From the NCBI GenBank assembly GCA_964106915.2, contig OZ066923.1: a stretch of 64,000 bases of DNA. One strand, given 5' to 3'. The notes beneath the pieces are model-generated. The model saw only the letters and a program-made list of their open reading frames with translations. It ran no database searches and had not been told where the DNA came from. Within the stretch, counting starts at the first letter, position 1. Every line of letters begins with the position of its first letter. Positions 11,621-26,513 of the stretch are shown here, in pieces. Position numbers and translations under genes: made by a program. Source of the stretch: Podarcis gaigeae. Taxonomy: Eukaryota.

Positions 11621-13075
11621 TACTTTTGATATCCTTTGTTCAAAACCCCTGTCAGGTATGATGCAGGCAGCCTGCCAACAATCCTCATAAGAGGTTTGAG
11701 AAGAAAGATTATAGAGACAGAAAAAAGTCGCTTCCCCTCAGCCTGGTACAGAAGCATGACATCAAAGGCCAAATTGGGAGGCCTAGCTGACCTTATGAGG
11801 CCCCTAGGCCAGATGTTCCCAATGCTGCCTTGCTATGTATTGTGGGGAAAGGTGAATCCCTATTCCCATCATTTAAAAGAGACTCAGCAGCAGGTGGCTG
11901 TGTAAATCAGCACATAGTGCTGACTATACCCATGAATGAATCTATGCTATGGAAAGGAAGACATCAGAAGATAAATGACAACCTGCCTGGCTGGAGAAAG
12001 CCATGTGTATTGTAAGATGCTGGATCCAGAGGAAGGAAATAGTGCTTTCTGCATTATTATTTTACTACTGTTGAAAGCATAACGTTTGTTAACTTGATAT
12101 CCTAAAAATGGAACACAGCTGCCTTCTCTTGATGGCATACTGAGATATCCTTCTGAGATTGTTTGCTCTTATTTTAAGCCTAATCTTTCATACGTGAAGT
12201 TTCTTTCACTGTGAAGAGTTAGCTGCTCTCCTCAGTCTACAAGAGAGGCCTTTCAGAATTACTTTTCGAAAGCCGAGATGGCTCAGTAGTGTGCCTCTCT
12301 TACCTCCTGGCATCTACTGCCTGTGCCATAAGTGAAGCTCCTGAATTGCCTTTAAAGCTTAGGTGTACCACTGGGCAACGCTGTCATTGCTCTAGTAAAG
12401 TACTGTTCGAGTCTATAGTTTGATTAAATGGGAAATGACTCTGCTGTCTTCCAACAGCATCTGCCCATTGTTTGAATTAGTCTAACTTAAAATTGGGAGC
12501 TGATTATATTTGCCCACATTAACTTGTCTCAAGCTGGCACTATTTTTTGTCAGATCTGCCTAGCCAGATTTGCTCAGGAAAAAAACTGGGCCCTTGAGCC
12601 CCAAATTATGTACACTAGCTTGCCATTTTCATTTCATGCCTCTACTGCACAAAGTTATTCAGCTACCCTTCCCAACCAGATGTTACGTACATGCTGCTCA
12701 TGTAAATCATCCCCTGCCAAGTTCGAAGGGGGATGACGTGGGATCGTTTGGACCAAATGCAATGCTTAAATGGGAATGGCATTTGATGCTTCAGGAAGGA
12801 GAGAGAAGAACCAGCAGGCAAGCTTTTGTTTTGCTCTGCAAGCCATTCATCTTAGTAACTTTCGCAGAGAAACAGAAGAGATGGAAAGATGCATCAAGCA
12901 CATTGCTTGACTGGGAGCAAGCCTTTTGGACTTAATTCAGGGTGAACATATATAGGACTGCACTGTACAACTGCAATCCTATACACATGGGAGTAAGTCC
13001 CATGGAACAAAACGGGGCTTGTTTATATAATGTTTAGGATCGCATTGTGAATAATAGTATCTCCATTGGTGAATC

Positions 13076-13211
13076 CAGGCTTCCTCAACCTCAACCCTCC
13101 AGATGTTTTAAGAGTACAGTTCCCATCATCCCTGACCACTGGTCCTGCTAGCTAGGGATCATGGGAGTTGTAGGCCAAAAACATCTGGAGGACCGAGGTT
13201 GAGGAAGCCTG
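13076..13211. mobile_element. Palindromic hAT MITE (~136 bp)
   Basis: CAGGCTTCCTCAACCTC...GAGGTTGAGGAAGCCTG TIR; flanks GGTGAATC/GCTTAATC match at 6/8. Confidence 0.85.
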
Positions 13212-13239
13212 GCTTAATCTATAGAATATAAATAAATTA

Positions 13240-13550
13240 TGGAACTTGGCTCCTGCAGGAGGTAGCAATGGCCACTAACCTGGATAGCTTTTAAAGAGAC
13301 TTAGCCAAATTCACTGAGGATAGGTGATCAATGATGACTAGCCATTATGGCTATGCTCTGCCTTAGTGGACAGAGGCAGCAAATGCTTCTGAAAACCAGT
13401 TGCCGGGCTTCACAAACAGAGAAAGTACTGCACCTCTGTGATCAGGTACTGCTTGTGTTTCCCACGGGCATCTGGTTGGCTACTGTGACAACAGGATGCT
13501 GCACTAGGTGAGCCATTAGCATGACCCAGCAGGCTCTTCTCAGGTTCTTA
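13240..13550 (+). mobile_element. CR1 LINE 3' end (ORF2 C-terminus and UTR)
   Basis: Degenerate WN.LPQEVAMATNLDSFKRDLAKF motif followed by the CR1 3' UTR. Confidence 0.75.
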
Positions 13551-15791
13551 ATTGAATGCAATATTTTATCTGATGCAATAAAATGTTAATCCTTGTCGTT
13601 TCTCAATTTAAAGCTGAGTATGTAATCTATCTTGCATAATATGCAATTAAAGACACCATGACTCACAAAACGGTGTGTTTTCCCACTTGTTTTGAGGTAT
13701 ACTTGTTCGAGTCACCCGTGCTGGTTATCCATGGACAACCCAGTCTTCTAAATGCATTTACGATGCATTCGGATCAATGGACTTGCCATACAACCAATTT
13801 GGGGTTTGCCCAAATTCTGTGTATGCCATTTAGTAAGCATGTGGACCACTATTTGGTCAGGACTCCCAGCCTTTTTAAAAAGTCAACTGTTGCCCATGTA
13901 GATCCAAAAATACCAAGCAGTACGTTCAGGCAGTATTCTGTCTAGTTACTTAGCAAGGAACAAGCTCAATCCTACCTTCCATTATTCTAATGAAGGATAC
14001 CACATGTAAGGGAAGCAGAGATGCCAGTGAAGTTTTCCTAAGCCAAGCTGGGAAATAAATATTGTGTCTTGTCAAAAGTCCACTTCCAAACTTGCACTTC
14101 ACAAGCTCCAAAATTCTACCCTGACTCATGTTTTCAATATCCCCAGACACATCTCTCGTCACTGTTCCCTACTCCCCAAAGCTGTTATCAAGCACAACGG
14201 AGTAACAGAGAGGGAAGGAAGAGGAGATTACCCCCTCCAGTACTCCCATCACTGCTGTGTTAAGCAAAGAGTGGAGTAATATTAGGGTCTAGCAGGGAGT
14301 TATGTAAATGAGCAAGGTACTGTATATCTGACATCCTTAGACTGGCTCTGCAATATTTTTACAGGTTGTCCTGATTTCTTGGAAGTCCAGAATAATCTTA
14401 AATCAAAACAGAAGTCCTGGAAGTTTCCAAGAGCTTGATAATATCACTAGGAAATTTGTGGTGTTAACCTGCATTGTTTTCCTCTTTCATGTGACACTGA
14501 GAAGAAGAACTTCCTTCAGCTCACCTGAGTTTTTGGTGCTAGGTGTGGATAACTGCTTAGTGACAATATTCTATAGGTCAGGGATTTATAGACAAGGTCA
14601 GGGATAGGCCCTTCAGATGTTGTTGGACTCCAACTTCCATCAGCCCCAGTCAGCAAGATAATGGGAATTGTAGTTCTAGGTGGTTAAAGTTGAGACAGTA
14701 TATACACTGACTTAGAGATAAGAGCCATTGTAACAGTGCTTAACTCTGTGTGTTACAACTGAACTCTAAGGCTGCAACCCTATACTACTTAACTTAGTGT
14801 AAGGCTACACTTCTATGCATGCCTACCTGAGAGTAAAATCCTTAAAATTCAGTGGGATTCATGCTTACTTCTGAAAGGAAAAAGAACATGCTTAAGATTG
14901 TGCTGTAAGCCTTATGGAAATCAAAGACAAACATGGAAATCAGCAGATACATGTATGTATGCACAGGACAGCAACTGAATTCAGGTGGTGAAGGTGACTT
15001 TCCATTTCCTTTGGACAATGCCTATATGCTAAGGGTAGGTGTTTTGCCTTAGTATTCAACTGGCTGTTATTCAAGACTTGGGGGAAAACAAAGACTTCAC
15101 GCCCTTGGAAACTCTACTTGCTTGTTAACTGAGCCAAGAGAAGCTTGTTACATTTCCACTGGACATGTTTTGCTACTGTAGAAATAGATCCTGGTATAGG
15201 CAAGTGGTCAACTTCCTCCGATTGTTTTTGGTGGTTGTCAGGAGCAGATGACAACGCAACAGCGAATGCACTTCATTTGAACAATTAACAAACAACATGC
15301 ATAATACATCTTCTCAAATTGAGAAAATTGGCCGAAAGATATAAGGGTGATCAGGTACATAGTATGGCATGGCAGAGGTCAGGCAGCTAGGGGTCAGGAC
15401 CATGGAGAGCTCTCTGTAGAACAAGAGTCAGGATTGAGCTGGGTGCTAGGCTCAGAAGGAAGCGAGGAGTGTTGCTCCAGCACTGGTCTACAGCCTTCTG
15501 AAGTTTTAGATATTCCTGCAGAGAGAGATGTGGCTGTGCCTTTGCCATCATGGGGGCAGTCTACTAGGTAGTTAAAAGGACTGCATTCTAATATGCAGGC
15601 GTGTACCCTGGTGAAAATGAAATGCCTCCTGTGGCCACTAGTCACAGTTGGAGGAAGACGCTTCTTTGGACCTGCAGGGTCCGTTCCACTGCCAAACATG
15701 GCAGCATCAGGTAATCCTAAGGCTTAGTCTAAATCCTTGTGAAACAAAACACTCAAGTTACCCTACATGGCTTTTGCCACATCTCCTATGG

Positions 15792-15926
15792 CAGGCATAA
15801 CAAACTCAGCCCTCCAGATGTTTTGGGACTACAACTCCCATCATACCTAGCTAACAGGACCAGTGGTCAGGGATGATGGGAGTTGTAGTCCCAAAACATC
15901 TGGAGTGCTGAGTTTGCCTATGCCTG
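15792..15926. mobile_element. Palindromic hAT MITE
   Basis: CAGGCATA...TATGCCTG ends, long internal inverted arms (CCAGATGTTTTGGGACTACAACTCCCATCAT), flanking direct repeat CCTATGG. Confidence 0.88.
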
Positions 15927-17305
15927 CCTATGGTAAGAAAAACTTGATTCCAGGTGAACAGGAAGGAAAGATTTTGTAAACTGGAAGGGAGTTGGTTTCT
16001 TTTGATTAGACTATTGTTGCACCACCGAGGACTAAGGAGGCAATCCTATTACCTGGGAGTAAGCGCCATTTAACTCAGTGATTAAATATATAGATTGGGT
16101 TATAAGACAAGTATACAAGCGCAACAGGCTTTTATTTCAGTAATTTGAGACCTGACTCTGGTAAACTCCCTCTTTGCAAATATTTGCTCTAAGGTTCTAG
16201 CTGCTGTTCTTGAAAAAATAAAATAAACTTTTATTGTTTATTTCATACTTACAACATAAAGCTCCCTCCCATACCACCAAATCCAGAACAAATAATTTCA
16301 TTCCAAACTACTAAAGGTTTGAACTATATTGAGGTTAAGTCAATCATGTGAAGAGCAATAAAAAGGGTGGGGGTAGAAGACAGGGGGGGGAATGGAACTT
16401 GTTCTTTGGTGATCTGCTATCATACCATATAATTATAGGCACTTGGGTTTCCCATCTCTACTCAGAAGTAAATCATATGCAATTCAATGGGGTTTGCTCC
16501 CAGGTAAGGTGGGTTAGAATTGCACCCTTTGGGTATCTTTTAAACATTGTCCATTTCTCTCTTTTTTTAAAAAAAAAAAACATAGTTTCAAATGGAACTT
16601 AGTGTTCTTCCACACTACTTTTATTATAATATTTGTAATATAAATAATATTGTGATCATCATTCTTCCTTAAGCAATCAGGTAAAAGCCAGGTTCAGGGG
16701 TGGGTGGAGATTCTCCAACATGACAATCTAGTCCCAAGCAATTGTGTTTATTATGAACACACACACCAGACCTTGTTTTCTTGGATCTGGTCAGTTCTGT
16801 GCTCATTGCTGACTTCTCTGCCAAGCTAGCATTAAAATATCAGCTGTACTGAACAAGGTGTCTGGTGAAAACATTTTCTCCGCCTCCCCTATCACGGCAT
16901 GCACCCTTCCTCATGATTTGCGCAGTCTGCTATTATCTGACCCTTCACCCTAGACATTCCCGTCAGCCAGACACTCTGCCTCTCTCCTTCAAGCTGGAGG
17001 ACACAGTCACTCGCAAGGACACAGGCAGCCACTGCCAAAGTTCCTTCCACACTCCTCTGGGTTATTGTCAGGTCACAGCTTGACATTGTGGCGTGAGGAA
17101 ACTGCATTGCAACATCCTATACTTGTGTTAAAAGTGCTTGTTCTCGCTGCTTCTCTAATTAAACTCCTCCTAAGTTATCATTCTAAATAACTCTGTTCTC
17201 TTTCTTTCTGTTGTTCTTTTAAGCTCTTCCATCTGGCCTCTTTGTTGTAACTTGCTACCTCATTTCCCCCGCCATTGGACAATGAACAAGAGCTATATGA
17301 CTTTG

Positions 17306-17655
17306 GGGACGGGGGTGGCGCTGTGGTTAAACCACAGAGCCTAGGACTTGCCGATCAGAAGGTCGGCGGGTCTAATCCCCGCAACGGGGTGAGCTCCCAT
17401 TACTCGGTCCCTGCTCCTGCCAACCTAGCAGTTCGAAAGCACGTCAAAGTGCAAGTAGATAAATAGGTACCACTCCAGTGGGAAGGTAAACGGCGTTTCC
17501 GTGCGCTGCTCTGGTTCACCAGAAGCTGCTTAGTCATGCTGGCCAGATGACCCGGAAGCTGTACGCCGGCTCCCTCGGCCAATAAAGCGAGATGAGCGCC
17601 GCAACCCCAGAGTCGGCCACAACTGGACCTAATGGTCAGGGCTCCCTTTACCTTT
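17306..17655 (+). mobile_element. Sauria SINE, full length
   Basis: Head, body and ACCTTT tail; TSD TATAT(G/A)ACTTTG at 17294-17305 and 17656-17667. Confidence 0.93.
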
Positions 17656-20600
17656 TATATAACTTTGCTCAGAGCTGTTCACTTCTCAGTTATCTGTAGC
17701 ATCACAGAAACCATTCTAATATTTGTTTGCCAATGTACTAGTCAACCCCTGAAGGGAATGGCATGCTGTATTTTGTTGTTGTTGGGTTTCCTACCGTTAG
17801 CCTTTTAACTGCATCTACAGCTTCTTCTCCAGTGCTGCTATGGGTTAACATAAGCTTGTAGAGATGTAACACAGGGTAAGTCCCTATTGAAATCTATTCT
17901 GACACTTCAGATGCTAATCGCTCCAAGTATCGCCTACCTGCAGTGACATTCACATTGTTGGGATGTGCATGCACTCTGCACCAAATTGGTACACCGCAAA
18001 CTGTGTGGGTCAGTTATACATCAGGGTATGTCTGGTGTGTACCCAGTTTAGGCGTGCTAGTGTAAACACAGCCTTAACATAACTCTACTTGAACTGTAAC
18101 AATAGTGCGCACACACACACTCTCTCTCTCTCTCATATTTCTTCTAATCTTTTCCGTTTTCATCTTGACTTTTTTTCCTAGCTGTGAAATCAAATATGAG
18201 CCCCTGATTGTTGGTCTGAATGTCAGACCAAGATCTAGAAAGTGTTGAATGGATAGCCAATCCCAAAGAGAATCTTAGCTCCAAAACCCTATGCTATTTG
18301 ATCCCTTTGACACCCTTCTGATTCCATCATTTCAGCTCTAATGGAAACTGCCACTTGGATGCACATTAATGTGCACCCAGGGAACTTCGGTGAGACTTAG
18401 GGCAAAACTAAAAGTGACAATGAATGTGAGGTTACTGCCAAGAATGTGAACTCCATGAGGAGTTTCTCATCATTGGCTTTCTTGCACCTTCCCACAAAAG
18501 TCAATGATATGGAGGAAGGATGGAGACATGCAGATCATGATGGTATTCCATATTGCCATAACTGGAGGAGAAAGAATGGGGAACTTGACAAAGGTTTGCC
18601 ATTTTCTGCAGCATCCCCCTGCCCCAGCACATGTACATGATCAAACTTCACATAGTCTTGGTATACACTTGAAGGCAAATTCCACAGCCTACATTCTTTG
18701 GTGTTATACTATTCTTATATGACTGGGACAACTCCAAACAAATTGATTGTGGACTGCAGATCCCAGTCCAGATGGGGATGCAGCTCTCAGGTGGCACGTG
18801 CATTCCAATCAAAACCGTTGATCTGCTCACATTAAAAATATGTGCATATGGGTCTTCATCACCCACTGGAATCAATGAGGAAGCCCACCTTAGTCTGGGA
18901 AACAGGGTCCTGATCAGAGCTCAGTGGCCTATACAAATTCACTGGATTAGGGAACAACATGTTGCAGAAAGAGAAATAACTTACAGGGGAAACATTGTTA
19001 ACTTCACAGGCATTACTTAGACGTTTGTATTATTAAAATAAGTGTCTCACAGACAAATGAAAGTCACAGTGCCCGCCTTGGAGAATTTACAATCTAATGA
19101 GTCTTGAATTTCCAGTCAGATGACCTAACACCAAAAACTGAGGGAGAGGCAAAATTTACACAAAATAATACAATCAAGTGGTCTGTTGTGATTCTACTTA
19201 GTATGTGTGTCATGTTTGGTATACATATTCATAGACCCTGCTGCATTTCTCTTTGCCGTTCTCCTGGCTTTAGATAATATGCAGCACAATGCACCCTAAT
19301 AACTTTATTAACACTTTCGGAATGTTACTTTACTCTTTTCCAGCTTTCCCCCACATCAATCAGTCTCAGGTTCCTATAAACTCTAAAGTTTTGCCTGTCA
19401 GCTCTCAGGCATTTCCATCCCCATGACCCTGTCTAGGACTATGCATGATGGCAGAAGGCTTGCTTCTTCAAACTCAGAGCCAAACTGCACACTACACGGA
19501 ATGGTTTGGCCTTGTGCGTTTCTTTTATTTTGCTTTAAAATGACGTTAAATAGCAACTGTCAGGATTGAGAGGGTTAAATAGGATCGGGCCTGTGATAGA
19601 AAGTTTAAAAACCCTTCCTTAATGGTTCCCTCCCATCCAAAAAACCCCCCTCCAAACCTGCTACTTAACCCAGAAGTCAAGCTGCCATAGAAGCAAGTGT
19701 AGCTTTGCCATGGGTGCAAATAACAGCTTCAGAAATAGACCGTGGTGTGTGAAGGTAAAAGGATGAACCTGTCACCACCACCAAAATCACACTGCAATGG
19801 GTCCCCCCAGTTACCATTTATCAATTGAAAACAAGCTGGGACAAACTATGAGTTTTAGTGTTATCTGTAGTTTGGTCCTCAGGTCACTATCAAACACTTG
19901 AAAAAACAGGGTGTGGATTCTAGTGATAGGCAGCATGTTGAACCTTCATCTGCTCATCACTTCTCACTGTGACATCCTTCCCTCCCGACCCGACCCCAAC
20001 ATTCAAAGACCAGGAGAAAAGCAGTTTGGGACTGGGGTTGCTAGAAGAAAGTCAAAGGGTCTAGGCCTTCTAGGGCCTCCATTTGAAACCACCCCATCTT
20101 ACTAGGTTGGAAGACAGTGGTTGGCTGCCATCATGTACATTTCCACTCACAACCATCATCTTAAAGGCCTGGGAGATCTTTTGATGGGCTTGTTGATCAC
20201 CGTCATTATCCAAAGTTAGACCCATGGCTACTGTCAACTCATGTGTCGTGTCTCCAAGGAGGAGTGCAAACATACACAGCTCCCCAAAGCTGCTCATTTG
20301 GGATGCCTCGTGAGAGTAGACTAAGTATGTCACACAAAACAATGGGCTGTATTGTGAGCCATACTCAAAGTAGGCCCATTGAAATTCATAGACATTACTG
20401 ACATTACTCCATTAATTTCAATGAGTCTACTTGGAGTAGACTCCATACCCCCCCCCCAAAAAAGCCTTTTATTCTTCATATCAACAAGCAACAAACAGTT
20501 CAACAGCAAGATAACATTGATTATTTTCTTGTTACAAAGACAACAGAAGATTCTTTTTCATTCCCTTATTTCTGACACCAAGAACTGCAAATTGCAATGC

Positions 20601-23600
20601 TGACCCCATTAAGTACCAACCTTTACCTTAGCCCCAATCTTCATAATTCCTGCACACCATTGTTTTTTCCTACTGTGAAATGTACTTTTTAGGGGAAGTC
20701 TCATATTAACGGCACGTACCTGTTGGATAAGCTTCTCTGCTAACATCTATTTTCCAAGGCTTACTGTACCCACAATCTATGAACAGCGTTATGGGACTTT
20801 TCCAGTTTAGTGTAATAGCAAGTCAACATAAAGCGTTCAGAAATACACCACCAGTTTCTGACTGGGTACAATTTATTTAGCTCTCCTTTATTCGGTGAGA
20901 GCAAACAGTGTGCTATAATGTTTCCAAGGTTTATAAATAGAAATTAATAAACCTGCTGAAAGCTCCTCTTGAACTCGTTGGCAGGGAAGGAGTTCTACTA
21001 ACATGTTAGGAAAGACTTCCATTGCAATCTCATTGAATGCATTGCTCTTAGTCATCTGGCATTCCAGCCACCACAAGCTTTGACCATCAGTTGACCTGGA
21101 GAAGGTCAAGCTGATATAAGTGAGAAGGGTTGCTATGAGACAGTCATATGTACTACTGAAATATTATTTGAAAACTCTGAGCTTCCGCTTCTAATTAAGG
21201 AGGAACAACTAAGTTTTGCTCAAATGCTACTTGCAGGCTGAATCCAGACTTATACTTAGTGGGCACCCATTGAAATCAGTTGGACATTTCCTAATTATAC
21301 ATTTTCTAATTATTTTATTTCCAATTATGGTAGTAAGAGGCACAAATGTTCTTCACAATGTGTTCACAAGCCTCTAGTAAACCAAATTTCATATTTCAGT
21401 GGCTGGACTGTGTTGTCTTGAACCCTATTGTTCTTTTTTAGAGTGTCCCTGACTTGGAGGCACAAGATGACATTAAAAAATGTCCCAGGGAGTCATTGTA
21501 ACCTCTCCTAGTCAGCCGCAGAACACTTCCAGTTGTCCTAGAAGCAGACAAGATGCTGTTAATCTCTCCCTGGAAATTTTATAATGGCAACAAAAATCCA
21601 TTACTAAGGAACCTTGGGCATCAATTTCAATTTGTACATATCTCCTTCTCTTCCTTTCCCTCCCAGTACTTTCCTTCATGTTCACAGTTTGAGTTACCAT
21701 GTGTGCGTCAGCCTGACCAATCCCATAAATGCCATGTCTCAAAGCGAACTGAGAAAACTCTTAAACTGAAATGGCACCTAAAACTGATCTCCCCGCCTTT
21801 CTTTATCACTATCAGGTATTCCCTCCCCACCTGACCCATAAAATTCTACAAATGTGGTTTCATTACTACAAAGGAGAAAAAGAAAGATTCATTGTTGCTA
21901 GATTTTGTGGGGTTTTTTGGACAATTGTTTGGGGGAAATGTGACTTTAGAAACTCTTACAGCAAGTGTATGCAAGAAGAAAATAGCAGAAAGAAAACACA
22001 ATTTTTGTTTCCTGGTTTTCTGGGGCAAGATTTCTACTACTGTCATTTGGGGTTAACAAAACTTACATTCTTTTGAAACACTTTCTTTTTTGTTACCCCC
22101 TTTCTTATTCTGGATACATTTTGGCAAAATATAAATGTAATAAATGAAGTCTGAAGAAACCAGTACCAAGAGCAGGAAAATTATAATGCAATTCCCTCAA
22201 GTGAAAATGTAGAACAATGCACACTAAAATTAAAATTGCAACAAGCCCATAAAAATCTCTCAGTAACATTTGTCATCTGAGAGCTGGAGGAGCGTTTGTG
22301 TCAGAATGAAGGTGTAATGAACTTTAAAAAGCCAGTTATGAGGGCTCTCTCAGTTCTCTCTCTCTACCCCCCCCCCCCCGAATAAAATGCCCAGCTACAA
22401 GTTGGGAATTATTTGCCGACTAGGTAATAGCAAAATCTCATGCAGCAACTTTTAATGACTATGACCCAAATTTTGAAAGGAAAATGGGGAATTGCAGCTG
22501 TGCGAACAGCTCTTTGGTCGATCTGCTCAATGCATAATGGCATTTGAGAATAAAGTGTTTTCTGTACACAAGGTGTTTAAATTTTCCTCATTTTGCATCG
22601 ACCTTTCCCAGTAGATTTTAACACAGGGGCAACAGTGCTTGGACCAGAAGTAACTGGGCAAAGCATGTCTTTTACCTCTTTCTCAAGCCTTTTTTTGGCT
22701 GCATCTGTGTATGTGTTTTGTGTATGTTTATGAACTACATGGCTGGTGTTGTCAACCTGGTTGTTGTTGTTTTTTAATACTCCTATTTTCAGCCAATAAA
22801 CAGGAAGGTGATTTATGTACCACTTAATAGCCAAATTCCTAAGCATACAAAATACATACATAAAAACACAGTAAGGTTATTAAAAAAAGTCTACATGCAA
22901 CATGATAAGCAAAAATACATTAGAAATAACACATAAGGCATCAATTAAATGTCAATGCATAATAAAGTAGAGCAGTGTGATGTATCTTATGAGCAAGGGA
23001 AAGCCTGCTTAAATAGATGGATCTTCAGAAGGTATTTTAAGCCTGCCCCAATTTCTGCCTCACAAAAGGGAAGTGGAAGGGCGTTCCAATAATAATATAA
23101 AGAGAGCCTGTTGTCATAGCAAACCTCTGACCCCTGACTTAACAGAACATGGGCCTTCCAGCCTGTGAAATCAATGGGTTGGGGCCTCCTGACACGACGA
23201 AGCTATTGACCATGGAAATGTTGACATTCCCTCTCCTTATCACTCGACCTCTCCCTTCCATACCTGTCTGAAATGGCTCCACCTCCTAAAGTGTCATGAG
23301 TTGAGTTGTATCTCTGAAAGCCTCTGGGTCAAAAATTGACTTGTGCTGTGGACAAGTGGGTGCATGCTTCCTTCCATCATGGTTCTCCATGTATTGGAAT
23401 TTAACCATGTTCTGGTTTATTGACTTACAGACCCAATTGCCACCTTTTTGGATGCTCTTTGTAAGTGCTGCCTAGTTCATAACGTGCAGGGCATGCAGTC
23501 TAGAAGGTTGCCTTGGGATACATAGGGGCTCTATCTCCTGTTCTCTCTGATACTTCATATACTGTCCTTTCTCCCTTCAGTCGTTGCCTGCAGTGACATT

Positions 23601-24909
23601 AGCAGCACCAGAGCTAACAAAGAGGGGGCATATCCCTGGCAGATTTGTGGCAGGTAATACCTTCAGTGATAGTGTTGATCTGCTATGGCAACCATTTCCC
23701 TCTTGCCTTAATCCTCCATGTACGAATGGACATACCGTAGATTTTCAACAAAGTTCATTATAACTGCAATAGAGACATACTTATTCAAAACTACATAAAA
23801 GACTGAGGTAAAAATTGCCTGCTCACAACGAACGGTACATTTTCATGCGCATGTCAGTGAAATCTGTGATTCAGGGCGCACATGGAGAGAGAAGAATCTG
23901 AAGACCATTAACTATTCTTTGAAGTGGGGAGCCGACTTCTTGCTCAAATGCATCCTCTAAAAGCAATAGTTATTTAGAAAATTCAAATTATTTTTATTGG
24001 TTCGACCCTGAAGCATTTTCAGTAGGCGAGAGTTACTGCATTTTGAGAACAAGTAAAGTAGTAAGAACCATTGCCTCACATAATAGCGTAGCACAAATGG
24101 AACCTACAAAGTTGACAGTTTAAATCCTATCTTTTTCAGCAAAGCCCATTTGATCTCTCTTTCCTCCCTTCCTCTTTCTCAACTGCAATGTTGTCACCTA
24201 AAGTAAAAATAATATAATTAACTCAGAAACAACTTGGGTGATTTCTACTTCAGGCTACACAAATAAAAGGCAAGTCAGAACAATGGTATTTTCTTTTAAA
24301 GCTTTTCAGTGAGTTTGTTCTTTGTTCTTTTGAAAGCATTCATAATATTATTCCAAATGCTGTTTCCATACTAGATGTTCTCTGCATGTGTAGGAAGACA
24401 GACTTAATTGTCCAGAATTCCTTTCAAGAAATAAGAAAATGAAGTGCACATATAGTAAGTGAATTCACGGAAGATTTATTTCCAAGATAGTGTGTTTAGG
24501 ATTATAGGCTTAAATGCAAAATGGAGGCATAAGATTTGGGTAGTTTCAATTTTAAAAAGAACAAACAAGGGAAAGCAGCATTATGGCTTCAATTCTCTCC
24601 TACGATATAGGCTGTTTGCCACTAAATTTATGTCTGATAAAGATCACCCACACTAAACTTAAGCATTGTCATATTTTACATGTGACTGTATATATCAGGG
24701 CATTGAAAGATTCTGGGACATATCTAGCCATGCCCTTTTGTGAATGGAAGGGCTCCTTCCATTATGCAAGGGATTCTGAGCCAGCAGAGGTTGCTGCTGG
24801 AGGAAAGGAAAGACAACCTTCATAGGTCTGTCCATACACCCCCGGCCCCAGGAACAACCTTGGGGATAAAACAGGGGGCTGCGAGAAATCAGCGGAAAAT
24901 TAGTACAGT

Positions 24910-25260
24910 AAAGGTAAAGGGACCCCTGACGGCTAGGTCCAGTCATGGACGACTCTGGGGTTGCGGCGCTCATCTCACTTTATTGGCTGAGGGAGCCGGC
25001 GTACAGCTTCCAGGTCATGTGGCCAGCATGACTAAGCTGCTTTGGCAAACCAGAGCAGTGCACAGAAACGCCGTTTACCTTCCCGCTGGAGCTGTACCTA
25101 TTTATCTACTTGCACTTTGGCGTGCTTTCGAACTGCTAGGTCGGCAGAAGCAGGGACCGAGAAACAGGAGCTCACCCCGTCGCGGGGATTCAAACTGTCA
25201 ACCTTCTGATTGGCAAGCCCTAGGCTCTGTGGTTTAGACCACAGCGCCACCTGCATCCCG
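24910..25260 (-). mobile_element. Sauria SINE, full length
   Basis: AAAGGTAAAGGG tail and CAGCGCCACCTGCATCCC head on the plus strand; TSD ATTAGTA(C/G)AGT at 24899-24909 and 25266-25276. Confidence 0.92.
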
Positions 25261-26011
25261 GTCCTATTAGTAGAGTTCCACTATTGGTAAGTCTGGATCC
25301 ATATGCCATTTTAAACTTTTTGTTCTCTCTCACATCATTTTTGATGCCCCATTCACTGGGAGCCTGAGCATTCAAAGCATATGCTCCACTGTACCTGCAA
25401 CTTAACACTAATCCTTTCTTGCAGAACATGTTATGACATTAACCTACTTATGTGCTTCCCTGGCGGTGCCTTGTGAGCACATAGACAACATCAGTTTCAA
25501 ATAAGAATATTTTTTTCTGCATAAGAATCCCATGCTTTCTCCAGTTCATCCCATCTTGCTTTCCTGTTTGTGTTTCTGCAGTTTCTGGATACCCTTGGTT
25601 TCCTGATAATTTTTATCTCCTTACTTCCTTGCATTGTAATAGATCAAAAATGGATTGTCAGACGCAATGTCAGTACCATAAAACCAACTACATTCTTATT
25701 ATTCTAGTGTGGTTTTATGGCACAGTGTGCTCTTGCTTATCCCACCCACCTTACATCCCAATGTGTCTGATACTAAGTGGGTCAGGCAAGATGTTTCCTT
25801 CCTCTGAGACTACCCAGGAGGAACTGAAAAATGCTACAAAACTAAGTCTCTTGTTCTCTCTCTCTGGCTGTTTGACAAAACGGGAAGGTATCCTGGCAAG
25901 TCAATTTGTGTGCTACTTTTAAAGCAACTTTTCAGGAACCACTAAGAGCATAAGGAATACTAAACAGAGACACAGGCTTTGGGGATCTTAAAGTTCTACT
26001 TAAAGGTGAAG

Positions 26012-26180
26012 GAATATCAATGGCTACTAGCCACAATAGATCTGTTCCACCTTCGTTGTGAGAGTATGTCTTTGAATACCAATTGCTGGGAATCACATAT
26101 GCAGAGAGTGCAGTTGCACTCAAATTCTTCTTGCTGACTACCTTGGTGGACTTTTCGCTTGATCTAGCAGGCTCATCTTA
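26012..26180 (+). mobile_element. Degraded CR1 3' fragment
   Basis: TATCAATGGCTACTAGCC...GAATACCAATTGCTGGGAATC...CAGGCTCATCTTA; similar to 13320-13550. Confidence 0.6.
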
Positions 26181-26513
26181 CCCTAATATATTCAGGATCA
26201 CTTAAGAATGTAAGAGGTGCCTGGCTAGATCTGATCAAGATCCTGCAAGAATACCAGTGTCTTAACTGTACCCTTCTCCGAATGATCAACAATTTATTTG
26301 TAATCTCTAGAACTCAACATTCACCAGGAGAGGTAGTATAACTACTTTGCATCTGAAGAGAACATCTGTTCAAATGGCATGCTCAGTACTAATATTTTGA
26401 AGTTTACTCAGTAAGGACAGCAGGTCCAACTGTATAACTTTCTGTCAGTAGTACAAACATTACTATGTTAGGATTCTCATATGCATTCCCAGCCTGTATA
26501 TGGCCAGGCATCA

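Noticed and set aside
20070-20342. 90-aa ORF with somewhat protein-like composition
   Set aside because: No recognisable homology, no ATG at the listed start and no clear splice-site pair; length is compatible with chance.
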